Source: a phage. Taken from it: 64,000 nt of DNA. Positions 17,270 to 27,133 of the stretch are shown here, piece after piece (position 1 is the stretch's first letter; each line of letters starts with the position of its first letter). Made by a program: the position numbers and the translations under genes. The stretch is from NCBI GenBank assembly GCA_024682255.1, contig GCA_024682255.1_4716.1; one strand, written 5' to 3'. A model generated the notes under the pieces. The model did no database searches, had not been told where the DNA came from, and worked only from the letters and a program-made list of their open reading frames with translations.

Positions 17270-20200
17270 TACATAAACTCCTCGATGATGCAAATCCCAT
17301 TAGCACCGCGCCCACCAGGCTTAGCGGTTCCTGAGTAAGAGTTATCGTAAGCAGCACCACCACCCGAACCAGGCGCGAGGCCGTTATGGGCGGTGCCGAC
17401 ACCAGCACGGCCGCCACCGCCCCAATATGACGCACCCCCACATCCACCGGCGGCAAGAGTACCGGCTTGTCCATCGCTACCGTCTCCGCCCGGAATGCGT
17501 ATATCCCCGGTAGTAGGTACGCCCCCATAGCCACCGCCAGTGTTTGTGACAGTTGTTTTTCCTGCGCCTTGCCCGCCGGGAGCAGTTAGCAGGGATGCAA
17601 ATTTACTATCTCCACCCCCGTTCCCATTCGTCGCCCCAGAGCCACCGGAACCACCAGAACCAATTATAACAGAATAACTAGCAGCTGCTACCGTTATAAC
17701 CGAAATTACTGTTCCGCCAGCTCCTCCTCCAGCGCCAAAAAACGTTTCGCTGTTGGAATAAGCCTGACAACCGCCACCGCCACCGCCACCACCGGTTATC
17801 GTTACTCTAATCCGTTTTGTTCCTTGTGTTGGGGTGTACGTCCCTGACGATGTGAAAACACGCATATTCAGTAAACGCCCGACATATCCACTAGAATCGG
17901 CTAAACCAAGATCTTTAGCTGCTAACGTGATATTAGCCGTACCGTCGAAAGGTTTACCGTTAATCGTGCGCGCAGTTTGCAGCTTCGTCGCCGTTGCTGC
18001 GTTCCCTGATGTATTCTGGTTCCCCGCGGCGTTAACACCTGGTAGATTGATGTTCGCACTACCGTCGAACGCGACACCACCGATCGTCCTTGCTGTTTGC
18101 AGTTTTGTCGCCGTGGCGGCATTACCGGTCGTGTCTTGGTTACCGGTGGTGTTTACCCCAGGCAGGTTGATATTTGCCGTTCCGTTAAATGAGACACCAC
18201 CAATCGTCCTTGCCGTTTGCAACCTCGTTGCGGATGCCGCATTCCCCGTGGTGTTTTGGTTACCTGTTGCATTCACACCTGGGATACTATCCTTAGATGT
18301 GTAGATCTGTGCCCATTCCGACCAGTTCGCATCGGTTGAATCACGACGTGAACGTAAATAAGCTGGAGCGTGTGCACCTGAGGTACCTGACCACCCAATG
18401 AGGATTTCGCCTTCGCCGACCGATGAAGCACCTTTAAGATGAACAATGTTGCCGTAGGCTGTAGGGTATCCGTTATTGTACGCTTCATACATCTGGATAC
18501 CCGTGTTGCTGCCCTGGGTCGCATTAGCTAAAGCGGTGACCCGTCCTTTGGAAGCGAGCACGTTAATGCTAAAGCTAATATCGGTTGTACCGTCAAAGGC
18601 GACCCCGTTAATCTTCCGTGCTGTTTGGAGTTTCGTGGCAGTAGCCGCATTACCAGAGGTACTCTGATTACCTGCTTTGTTCACACCCGGTAAATCAATG
18701 TTGGCTGTTCCATCAAAGGACACGCCCCCTATGGTTCTCGCTGTCTGGAGTTTTGTTGCTGAACCAGCGTTTCCGGAAGTGCTTTGATTACCTGCCGCGT
18801 TGACACCTGGTAGGTTAATGCTAGCAGAGCCATCAAAAGAAACTCCGCCGATCGTGATCGGTGTTTTCAATTTCGTGGCTGTCGCGGCGTTACCCGTCGT
18901 ATTCTGATTGCCAGCCGCATTAACGCCTGGTAATGCGATATCGGTCGTACCATCGAACGCAACACCACCGATTTTACGGGCGGTCTGTAGCTTGGTCGCT
19001 GTAGCCGCGTTGCCGCTGGTATTTTGCGTGCCCGCTTCATTTACGCCTGGTAAATCAATGTTCGCAGTACCATCAAAAGAAACACCCCCGATGGTTCTCG
19101 CGGTCTGCAACTTCGTTGCACTTCCTGCGTTTCCGCTGGTGCTTTGATTTCCCGCTGCATTAACACCTGGTAGACTGATGCTGGCTGAACCATCGAAACT
19201 CACACCACCGATCGTAACAGCGGTTTTCAATTTCGTGGCGGTTGCTGCGTTACCGGTTGTATTTTGGTTGCCTGTCGCATTCACGCCAGGTAATGCAATA
19301 TCCGCTGTTCCGTCAAAGGCAACGCCACCGATTTTACGTGCAGTTTGTAGCTTGGTTGCACTAGCAGCGTTACCGCTGGTATTCTGGGTGCCTGCTTTGT
19401 TAACACCGGGGAGATCGATGTTAGCAGAACCATCGAAGCTGACGCCACCTATCGTTCTTGCGGTAGCGAGTTTAGCTGCTGTGGCTGCATTATTACCCAC
19501 TTTCAGCCAATCATCCCATGGACCATCCTGGCCGTTCCATGATGCCGTTAAACTACGTACGTAAATATTGCCGGTACGTACAGTGTAACGTTGCGTTCCA
19601 CCGAATTGCCCGGTTGGGAGCACTTCAATGTAACCTGCGGCGTTTGCTTCAGGGAAATTGTGGGCGATGTCCGCGTTCGTTGTTACTGGTTTAGACCAAA
19701 TACCAACAGACGCTTCGACTGGGCCGAAGGTATTCAGATTTGCGTCTATCGCCATAGCGCCATTAAATTTCAGGTATGTCTCTGGCGATAATCCGATCGT
19801 TTTAGCAAACGCAGCTTTATCTACGATATCACTACCGTTATTCCCTGCTTGCAACGCCGTCTTAGCTGCCTTTATGGTTTCGGTCAATCCAAGATATTGT
19901 AAGATCGCATCAACGCTTCCTTTGTTTAGCAGATTCAGACCTGTTGACGTTACGTTAGTTAGTCCGATTTGGTTCCGTCCAGTAAAATAAGGGAGTTTAT
20001 TCGCTTCTGTTGTTAGGTTAGACCACGCAGTCAACAACGCGTTCAAAGGCTGTTTACCCGCCAACGCATTGGTTACTGTCGTTGCGAAATTAGGATCGTT
20101 CCCTAAAGCTTGAGCCAGCTCATTAAGCGTATTTAGCGCTTCTGGAGACGAGTCGATCAGCGATGCGATAGCGCGCATCACAAATTCCGTGTTGGCAATC

Positions 20201-21243
20201 TGTCGACTGCTATCGTTCTCTGCAGCCGTAGGCGCTGCCGGGATACCGGTGAACACGGGGCTATTAAGATCTGCCTTGAGCGCGATGAGACGTTTAAGTG
20301 CGTCGACATCGACTTTCAGGTTTTCCCACCCGATGAGAGAACCACCACTGCTGGCATGATAACGGTTATACCAGAAGTCACCGTTAATGCCTAAAAAGAA
20401 TATTCCCTTCTCTTCGTTTTGTGGGCCAGAACTGTTCCGTGACGAGCTGATGTAATTGATTTCAATAAGACCGGTAAACGTCACTCCTGGAATTATTTTA
20501 TTGTCTCCAGCTGACTGTGATACCTGGTAAATCCCCGGGGTTGCGGCTTTAACCCATGTTAAGAATTCTGTTACTCCAGCGGTGCCGCTAAAATTCTTAA
20601 CGTCGGTAAGTATTGCCCCATAACCGAACATACCGGGTAGAGCCACTCGTCCGCTGGTACGGTCACGAATATCTGTTACAACAACGGGCAATTGTTTACG
20701 AACGGCATTAACCGCTTTAGGCGTGGCCGATTTTGTCTCGTCGTCGCTATCGGTTGCATTACTTAGAATAGTTAAACCGCGTGTAGCAGTAGTTGCATCA
20801 GGAAGAAATGCGTTATCCAACACCTTAAGCTGTACTGCACTCGTATTACTAACAACGACATGCACTTGACAGTTAAGAACGCTGGTTGCGCCTTCGGCAG
20901 GCGTAGGCTTATATCTTTCTGGTGCACTGCAGACGGCAATCAGAACACCTTGATCATCATACAGACCGATCTCACGTACCCAGAACCCACCTTGACCAGC
21001 AGGAATAATACCCTCAACGATAATCCTGGTTGTGCTATCACCATCCGCATGGATATTAGAAACTTCCCCACGATAAACTTCGTGGACAAGCGCTGTTTGG
21101 CTGGCGGACGGGGTTGGGATCGAGCCGTTACCATCACCAACGGCAAAGTGTGTGATTTTTAGTTTCTCACCGTCGGGAAGTAACGCAGCGGTGATACGTT
21201 CTGCTCCTTTATCGGTAACTACCGTTATATATGCTGTACTCAT
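17269..21243 (-). CDS. Long tail fibre protein (1324 aa), P2 gpH / lambda Stf-like N-terminal domain, 40-aa tandem repeats, Gly-rich C-terminal domain
   Basis: N-terminal motifs AVGDGNG, GGFWVREIGLYDD, ETKSATPKAV, ALNTLNELAQALGNDPNFATT as in P2 gpH; about 11 repeats of ATKLQTARTIGGVSFDG..LPGVN.GNQNTSGNA; poly-Gly run at residues 1151-1158. Confidence 0.85.
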   Translation of the reverse strand: MSTAYITVVTDKGAERITAALLPDGEKLKITHFAVGDGNGSIPTPSASQTALVHEVYRGEVSNIHADGDSTTRIIVEGIIPAGQGGFWVREIGLYDDQGVLIAVCSAPERYKPTPAEGATSVLNCQVHVVVSNTSAVQLKVLDNAFLPDATTATRGLTILSNATDSDDETKSATPKAVNAVRKQLPVVVTDIRDRTSGRVALPGMFGYGAILTDVKNFSGTAGVTEFLTWVKAATPGIYQVSQSAGDNKIIPGVTFTGLIEINYISSSRNSSGPQNEEKGIFFLGINGDFWYNRYHASSGGSLIGWENLKVDVDALKRLIALKADLNSPVFTGIPAAPTAAENDSSRQIANTEFVMRAIASLIDSSPEALNTLNELAQALGNDPNFATTVTNALAGKQPLNALLTAWSNLTTEANKLPYFTGRNQIGLTNVTSTGLNLLNKGSVDAILQYLGLTETIKAAKTALQAGNNGSDIVDKAAFAKTIGLSPETYLKFNGAMAIDANLNTFGPVEASVGIWSKPVTTNADIAHNFPEANAAGYIEVLPTGQFGGTQRYTVRTGNIYVRSLTASWNGQDGPWDDWLKVGNNAATAAKLATARTIGGVSFDGSANIDLPGVNKAGTQNTSGNAASATKLQTARKIGGVAFDGTADIALPGVNATGNQNTTGNAATATKLKTAVTIGGVSFDGSASISLPGVNAAGNQSTSGNAGSATKLQTARTIGGVSFDGTANIDLPGVNEAGTQNTSGNAATATKLQTARKIGGVAFDGTTDIALPGVNAAGNQNTTGNAATATKLKTPITIGGVSFDGSASINLPGVNAAGNQSTSGNAGSATKLQTARTIGGVSFDGTANIDLPGVNKAGNQSTSGNAATATKLQTARKINGVAFDGTTDISFSINVLASKGRVTALANATQGSNTGIQMYEAYNNGYPTAYGNIVHLKGASSVGEGEILIGWSGTSGAHAPAYLRSRRDSTDANWSEWAQIYTSKDSIPGVNATGNQNTTGNAASATRLQTARTIGGVSFNGTANINLPGVNTTGNQDTTGNAATATKLQTARTIGGVAFDGSANINLPGVNAAGNQNTSGNAATATKLQTARTINGKPFDGTANITLAAKDLGLADSSGYVGRLLNMRVFTSSGTYTPTQGTKRIRVTITGGGGGGGGCQAYSNSETFFGAGGGAGGTVISVITVAAASYSVIIGSGGSGGSGATNGNGGGDSKFASLLTAPGGQGAGKTTVTNTGGGYGGVPTTGDIRIPGGDGSDGQAGTLAAGGCGGASYWGGGGRAGVGTAHNGLAPGSGGGAAYDNSYSGTAKPGGRGANGICIIEEFM
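17929..18291 (-). repeat. Coding tandem repeat block 2 (three 120-bp units) within tail fibre gene
   Basis: Three 40-aa repeat units at protein residues about 985-1105. Confidence 0.75.
18574..19491 (-). repeat. Coding tandem repeat block 1 (about 7.5 units of 120 bp, in 360-bp higher-order units) within tail fibre gene
   Basis: Residues about 585-890; units recur with period 40 aa and superperiod 120 aa. Confidence 0.8.
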
Positions 21244-21249
21244 GGTGTT

Positions 21250-21777
21250 TTATCCTGGATAAATAGTGATGATATCACCAATGACGGTTGTGGCACCGGC
21301 GTAAAGATGAGCCGGAGATACATCGTGTTGGTTTGTCACAGTAAGATCCAATCGACCACGCCAAACCATGGAGGTATTCGCGATGGGGATAGAAATCTTT
21401 TTGGATATATCGTCACGAAAATCAATAACAGTGGCAAGGGTAACCGCATCAAAATCAACGTCGGGGTCAAAGACGAACCCGTATCGATCTGAAATAGCTC
21501 GAATAATCGCATGTATAGTTGTTGTCTCAACAGACTCTAAAACGATTTTTACCGGTATGCCTAAAAATGCCTTCGCGATATCGCGTCGGGCGTAAACGAT
21601 AAAGCATTCACCGCACCACTTTGTTCCTTCATTTGCTGTGACGATCACTTTTGCCCTGTTAGCACCAGAACTCCCATCCAAGGTTAATGTAAGATCGGAG
21701 CTGCTGAACACGCTACCGTTACGTTGGTTTATCAACGTAATCAGTTCGTCTTTCCATGGCGGGTAAAGTGAACGCAT
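21250..21777 (-). CDS. Small protein (about 176 aa) consisting of the shared N-terminal anchor module only
   Basis: Start at ATG 21777 with GGAGGAGG RBS; motifs WKDELITLINQRNG, RRDIAKAFLGIPVKI, SDRYGFVFD shared with 870-aa and 62527-end proteins. Confidence 0.65.
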   Translation of the reverse strand: MRSLYPPWKDELITLINQRNGSVFSSSDLTLTLDGSSGANRAKVIVTANEGTKWCGECFIVYARRDIAKAFLGIPVKIVLESVETTTIHAIIRAISDRYGFVFDPDVDFDAVTLATVIDFRDDISKKISIPIANTSMVWRGRLDLTVTNQHDVSPAHLYAGATTVIGDIITIYPG

Positions 21778-21890
21778 AAGCGCACCCTCCTCCAACAATC
21801 AAATTAAAATATATAACTCCTCGAAACCAGAGTGCGATTCGAGGTAAGCGTAAACAGTCCAGACGACCGCATAAAATTCCGCGCATATTG

Positions 21891-21922
21891 CCCCTCTATC
21901 TCGACAAAGCGAGATAGAGGGG
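21891..21922 (-). terminator. Long hairpin (13-bp stem) downstream of the 1198-aa gene
   Basis: CCCCTCTATCTCG-ACAAAG-CGAGATAGAGGGG; two further hairpins at 21816-21842 and 21960-21977. Confidence 0.5.
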
Positions 21923-21982
21923 AGGATAATACGATTATGCTGCCGCACTCCAAAGTTCATGGGGCGGTAACCGCCCCATCGG

Positions 21983-24900
21983 TTAAATGGTTGGTTTTAC
22001 ATCACGTAATAAGGCAATATAATAGCCTAATCCTCGGAGGATCTCCCCACTCCAGAAACCAAAATACATTCCGTCTCTGCCGAGATTAGCGCTATCTGGT
22101 GCAGGACTCCACCCACCATTCATTACGTCGTCAACAGTGTAATGGTTGATGTAGTTCTCAACGATTTCGTTATAAGCATTAACCGCAACAGAATAGCCTT
22201 TATCGTTGGGATGTCCGTACAACATTGCTAACGACGCACCCGCCAACCATAATCCCGCCATGTGACCAGTAAAGTCATTAGGGATAAAAGCAGGGGGTTT
22301 ATCCATCGGAAAATCCGTAGGGGATTGATAAGCGTTTTCCTGTTGATACGTAAACAAGAAATCGATCCAATGACTGATGTAAGTGGTTAATTTCTCAGGG
22401 ACAGCCAAACCATGATCAAGCAGCCCAGCATAAAGCCTCACCGCTGAGAAGAAAGCCCTCGGCTGATAACCGGACCATGCCGTCTGATCGCCGAAGTGGT
22501 ACATCGTAAAATCGTTAACTTTTGATCCGCTTGGCGCATCCCAACGATCCCACACGTACGCACTTGCCCCTGGCCCTAAAACCCCGAATTTCTGATAATA
22601 CCACTGTTGTGAGTCATACCAGAAATTCACAACGTTCTGAATCATGAGGTCACGTCGTTCAGTCGGTACTTCCATATCCAGGAAGACCCATGGATGTTGG
22701 TAGCCGGGATAAGGCTGACCACGCCAACTGTCGAACGTCGGTGCGTTAGGGATATAGTTGTTCGAGAACGGAATAATACCCGGAGTATAAGGCAACGGAT
22801 CGAGACGTTGGTTAACGATCGTGCAATCACCAACACGTAATGTTCCCTCTGCCTCAAAGGTTGCTTTTAACGTAAACAACATGGTATATCCGTCATCCGT
22901 GGTGTATGTTGACGGTGGATTGTTGATGGCGTAAAGCTTAAATACCCCTTCAGCGATATCGCTGTCGTCAGGCAAGAACAGAATTTCAGTTGAGCCATCG
23001 CCCCACACAGGTGCAGAAGGTCTAGGGTCAGTATCAGTGTGGTTCGGTTGATACCCTGAGAGCGTCCATCCGTTCGTCGAAAGCGTCAGCGTATTTCTTG
23101 CTGTGGTAGCCGGTAGCATCTGCCACCATCGCCAACCATTTGCATCTTCTACACGAACGTTGTAGTCAATCGACGCGAAATAACTGACCTGCCTTACGAT
23201 CTGTTTTGCGGTTGGATTGAATTCAAATTGCCCGCCTGCTGCAGTAAGCTGTGCTTTTAGGAACAACCCATCCCAGGAATCTTCCACTGCTTCGCTGAAT
23301 TCTGTTGTGATGGCGACATCATCTTTCCAGCCGACTTTATCAGCCGATACCAACACAGAACCTGTAACAGCATCACCGGTTGGTGTTGATGCTTCATCAA
23401 CCGCATCAGCAGGAATCAACGAGCCTATTTTGAAATCCCATCCTTTCGGTTCAGCGCTGGAAGGTAATACCAGTTTGTACGTTTTGGCGTTCGCTTCGGT
23501 TTTGTCCAAAGAAAGCGATAATGAGATCTCAACCGGAATTGCGACACCGGCTGTATCTTTACCTCCGCAGGTTACACGAAGAATTGAATCCCGATTTACG
23601 CGGAACGGAATGGCCTGCTGCTCAAGGTAAATTTGTGCTGAAGATGCTTGAATCACGATCCAGCCATCGGTATCACGCGTGATTGTAAATGGTGCTTTCG
23701 ATGGGTATGTATACGTGTAAGCGATACCGTCGGTGTCGTAACGATCGGTTCCTTTTACCTGACGGAAGAACTTATCGTTGGCGTCGATACGGGTATATTC
23801 TTCAATCGTAAACAACGATGCCTTGTACGCTTTCTGATAGCGCTCCTGCTGCGTTAAACGATATAAGGTGTAGGCTGCTTCACAAAACCACTGTTCGGCG
23901 TCTGATGCGTTTCCCATGTAGTCTCTGGTGACCGGCACCTGGATCGGTCGGTTATGCTGACATTCGTTTGTTTTGATGAGGTATCCACCATATTCAACAG
24001 GAACGCGGGGTGCCCATGCAACCAAGTAAGAACCGCTGACGGATTTATCTTTGAGTACGATGGTACCTACTTCATCGTCGGTACACGCTTCAAGATCGTC
24101 TCCGTCAGCACTTACGTAACGTTTTGTGCGTAACGCAACTTTCTCGATAGGGAACACCGTACCCTTTGTATCCCAGTCAATTGTCCCATCATCATTGGTT
24201 TTGAACACATCCGCGTTCAAATTCTGCCAGCCGAGTTTACCCTCATAGACCTGAACAACAAGATCCATGTATTCCCCGAACGTGGGCGCGCCATGTGTTA
24301 TTTTTCCGATACCGTTGGTGAATGTAACCGCTGTGTCATGGAAACCGCCATGTGTTGGGTAATCGTCTTTTGCAAGAGGATAATGGGCCAACACAGGTTG
24401 TTTACCATTAACAATCCAGTTAGCGATCCAGCGTGCTGGTGTATCCGGTGGTTCAAGGCCTGCATAGAACGCATTTATATACGCATCGAACGATGCCTCC
24501 GCTAATGTGAGATAATGCGCTTTAAGCTTGGTATCATCCGTTGTATGACTGAATATACCCGCACCCAGAATTAACAACGACTGTCCTTCTGTTGTTGCGT
24601 CACCGTCCGGTTGTGCTTCTTGTCGTGTTGCTGCAATGAAATGACGGTTGTTTACCATGACTCCGCTTTCATTTAACACGTAATGATCGGTTTCTGGATC
24701 GGTAAACGTTCCTGTGTTTCGGGTTAAGAATCTTGCATGACCATAACCAACGAAATTAACCGGCGACGCCGTAAGCACCCATTTACCGATAAGTTGAGCG
24801 ACGTCATTATAACGCTCCGATGCGGTGATTTGTTTCACGTACCAATCTTTACGGTTAAATGTCCAGAGCAAGAAGTAATAGGTCGTATTGATTTCCATTA

Positions 24901-25579
24901 CCGGAAACGTTGGTGTTAACGGCTCCAGCGTTAAGTAGTTGCTCCAATCAATCTGTCCACCAACAACCGATGAGGTAATCTCTAATAACTGACACCATTC
25001 ATAACGGTTCGGTACACTACTGGACGTTGTTGGTAAAGGTAACTTGTATACGCCAGTACGATTCAGATCGAACGCTTTTCTAGCCGATCCTAAATCAACA
25101 TAAATACTCGATGATGCGCTTGCATCAGATGCCTCCAAAGCACCTAGCGTTGACCGATACATTGAGATGAACAACGTATCTTTCCAGTAAGGGTTATCCT
25201 CGGTTGGTTCTAAAGCGATTTGTGCGGAGATGCTGTTCCATGTCCCTAACTGGTATGCTGCATTTAAAGATTCTTCCGTGAAATAACTTTCCGCAATCGC
25301 CAGATGGAACTGTTCATTCAATAACGCGAGTGCACTGCGACCGGTAACATCCTCATTACCGGTTTCTTTTTTCATGATCGCGCCGAACGGAAACAGTGTC
25401 GCGAATGACCGTTTTGGTTTATTAACCGTAATCGTCCCCGTGTAGTTTCCAACACCGTCAAGTTTTTGACTATCGCCAACAGCAGTGACTGCGATACCAT
25501 CAGCCGGGATATCTGTTTTATTTAGTACATTGAGTTGGTCAACCAGATCCTGCTTATCGTCGGGTAAGAATGTCGCCAT
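21983..25579 (-). CDS. Large structural protein (1198 aa), putative tailspike or fibre with Trp-rich C-terminal domain
   Basis: Longest ORF in tail fibre cluster; C-terminal 330 aa rich in W/Y/G; enzymatic assignment unverified. Confidence 0.65.
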   Translation of the reverse strand: MATFLPDDKQDLVDQLNVLNKTDIPADGIAVTAVGDSQKLDGVGNYTGTITVNKPKRSFATLFPFGAIMKKETGNEDVTGRSALALLNEQFHLAIAESYFTEESLNAAYQLGTWNSISAQIALEPTEDNPYWKDTLFISMYRSTLGALEASDASASSSIYVDLGSARKAFDLNRTGVYKLPLPTTSSSVPNRYEWCQLLEITSSVVGGQIDWSNYLTLEPLTPTFPVMEINTTYYFLLWTFNRKDWYVKQITASERYNDVAQLIGKWVLTASPVNFVGYGHARFLTRNTGTFTDPETDHYVLNESGVMVNNRHFIAATRQEAQPDGDATTEGQSLLILGAGIFSHTTDDTKLKAHYLTLAEASFDAYINAFYAGLEPPDTPARWIANWIVNGKQPVLAHYPLAKDDYPTHGGFHDTAVTFTNGIGKITHGAPTFGEYMDLVVQVYEGKLGWQNLNADVFKTNDDGTIDWDTKGTVFPIEKVALRTKRYVSADGDDLEACTDDEVGTIVLKDKSVSGSYLVAWAPRVPVEYGGYLIKTNECQHNRPIQVPVTRDYMGNASDAEQWFCEAAYTLYRLTQQERYQKAYKASLFTIEEYTRIDANDKFFRQVKGTDRYDTDGIAYTYTYPSKAPFTITRDTDGWIVIQASSAQIYLEQQAIPFRVNRDSILRVTCGGKDTAGVAIPVEISLSLSLDKTEANAKTYKLVLPSSAEPKGWDFKIGSLIPADAVDEASTPTGDAVTGSVLVSADKVGWKDDVAITTEFSEAVEDSWDGLFLKAQLTAAGGQFEFNPTAKQIVRQVSYFASIDYNVRVEDANGWRWWQMLPATTARNTLTLSTNGWTLSGYQPNHTDTDPRPSAPVWGDGSTEILFLPDDSDIAEGVFKLYAINNPPSTYTTDDGYTMLFTLKATFEAEGTLRVGDCTIVNQRLDPLPYTPGIIPFSNNYIPNAPTFDSWRGQPYPGYQHPWVFLDMEVPTERRDLMIQNVVNFWYDSQQWYYQKFGVLGPGASAYVWDRWDAPSGSKVNDFTMYHFGDQTAWSGYQPRAFFSAVRLYAGLLDHGLAVPEKLTTYISHWIDFLFTYQQENAYQSPTDFPMDKPPAFIPNDFTGHMAGLWLAGASLAMLYGHPNDKGYSVAVNAYNEIVENYINHYTVDDVMNGGWSPAPDSANLGRDGMYFGFWSGEILRGLGYYIALLRDVKPTI

Positions 25580-25592
25580 TATTTACTCCACC

Positions 25593-26423
25593 TTAATCGT
25601 AACTAAAATAAAGTTTGCTGCTGACGCCGCTATCGGAATGAGGTTTTAATACCAGAACAGAACTTCCGAACGACGGAAGTATTGGAACATTTAAATCGTT
25701 TGCGTCGGCAACTTTTCCATTATAAACGACACTGGCTGTTGTGATGAGTTCCCAAGCCGAGGCATAACTCATTGAAATCAGCGATGAGGCTAAACGGAAT
25801 GCGTTGTATCCTTCTGGAGTATCTCCAACTGACATCGAACGTATCGCATCTTGCGGCGGTAAATTTAGCTTGATGCCGTAGGTACTGAATGTGTGGAAAT
25901 CCCCTTGTTTACTATCTTCTGGATAGTACGAGGTTAGTGGTTCTCGCACCGTAAACAGTTCGCTAATATCGGTACTTACCGCTTTTCGTGCGAGGAATTG
26001 AAACGTACCGTACCACGATGCTGATGCATCAGAACGAACGGGAACAGATATGGTTTTCTCGCCGCTTTCAAATTTAACCTGTGATGCTAACGCTGAAGAA
26101 TCAAAGATCGTTAAATCGATCTTCAGCCCATACTTCTTAAACAGCTGCGTTAAGCAATCTGCTATCGTCGTCTTATCAGCAACGACAATAAAAGGTTGGT
26201 GTTTGATAAAGAGCTTATTAATGTCACGACGTTGAAGATAAACCTGTACGGGGTCTTCGATATAGTAAGTCGATTGTGGTGTGGGGACTATAGAAAGGCG
26301 TAACCGACCTGATGCACCATACCAGGCTGGCGTTAACGTAATGTCTGACAGGGATAACGGATGCTGGAGATAGGTGTTTATTTTAGATAACACTTCCTCC
26401 TGCCATGATGCTTCAGGATACAT
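25593..26423 (-). CDS. Hypothetical structural protein (276 aa), weakly related to the shared N-terminal module
   Basis: Contains RRDINKLF and FKKYGLKID resembling RRDIAK / DRYGxxFD motifs. Confidence 0.55.
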   Translation of the reverse strand: MYPEASWQEEVLSKINTYLQHPLSLSDITLTPAWYGASGRLRLSIVPTPQSTYYIEDPVQVYLQRRDINKLFIKHQPFIVVADKTTIADCLTQLFKKYGLKIDLTIFDSSALASQVKFESGEKTISVPVRSDASASWYGTFQFLARKAVSTDISELFTVREPLTSYYPEDSKQGDFHTFSTYGIKLNLPPQDAIRSMSVGDTPEGYNAFRLASSLISMSYASAWELITTASVVYNGKVADANDLNVPILPSFGSSVLVLKPHSDSGVSSKLYFSYD

Positions 26424-26507
26424 GCTGACCTCATAGATGATCGTTGATAGGAAAGAGACCTAATTCATACCATGGGAACCTTAAAAAAAAAAAGAAAAAT
26501 AGGAAAA

Positions 26508-26537
26508 CGGTGTTCATCCCTAAAAGGATGAACACCG
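26508..26537 (-). terminator. Strong rho-independent terminator (minus strand)
   Basis: 12-bp stem CGGTGTTCATCC/GGATGAACACCG followed on minus strand by long T-tract (A-rich 26483-26507 on + strand). Confidence 0.8.
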
Positions 26538-26557
26538 CGTACCGTTATATCGAACGA

Positions 26558-27133
26558 TTAGTAAGGAATCAGATCGTTAAGCTTTTCTTCTTCAATGACA
26601 AAGAAGTTGTTCTGGTCGTCTAAATCTGTTAACAGGACTTGCCCAACAGTAAAGCAAGTGCCGCCTTTCTTAGGCACCCATACAGGCTCGTTCGTTACCT
26701 TATCGGGATACCATTTGAAACGATTGGTATCTAAGAAGAACGCTGCTTTGTTCGCTTTATCAGTTGAACGATAGCTAACTAGCGCAGGCCACTCAATCCA
26801 GGTGTTTGTGCACGGCACATGTAAAGGATACCATGCGCGCCAGCGTTTGCCTGGCCTGTTAGGATCAACCCAATACTCGGCAGTCAATACAGCATCTTTA
26901 TAATGTTTCTGCATTAACATTTCGAGCACAAGCTCATTGCCTTTTGATGCGTCTAACGTCACTTCCGTCATATAAAGCGATTTAGGTAATTCAGACTGTT
27001 TTGCGGGTGTTACAACACCGGTAACCAACGGTCTGCTCGGTTTACGTTTCTGTTCTTTCCGACGTGTGTAAAAGAATAGTCCGACAGATACGGCAACAAG
27101 TATAATAAACAACACTACCTTAATCCAATTCAT
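26558..27133 (-). CDS. Membrane-anchored protein (191 aa), N-terminal TM then Trp-rich domain
   Basis: N-terminus MNWIKVVLFIILVAVSVGLFFY followed by basic stretch. Confidence 0.6.
   Translation of the reverse strand: MNWIKVVLFIILVAVSVGLFFYTRRKEQKRKPSRPLVTGVVTPAKQSELPKSLYMTEVTLDASKGNELVLEMLMQKHYKDAVLTAEYWVDPNRPGKRWRAWYPLHVPCTNTWIEWPALVSYRSTDKANKAAFFLDTNRFKWYPDKVTNEPVWVPKKGGTCFTVGQVLLTDLDDQNNFFVIEEEKLNDLIPY

Noticed and set aside
17929-19491. Regular 120-bp repeats that could be mistaken for a CRISPR array or satellite
   Set aside because: Units are contiguous with no spacers, maintain one reading frame and encode a recognisable fibre repeat motif
17834-19990. Plus-strand ORFs (e.g. 17834-18304, 18908-19147, 19178-19564) opposite the tail fibre gene
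   Set aside because: They are antisense reflections of the Ala/Gly/Thr-rich coding repeats, lie entirely inside a well-supported 1324-aa gene, and have no start context
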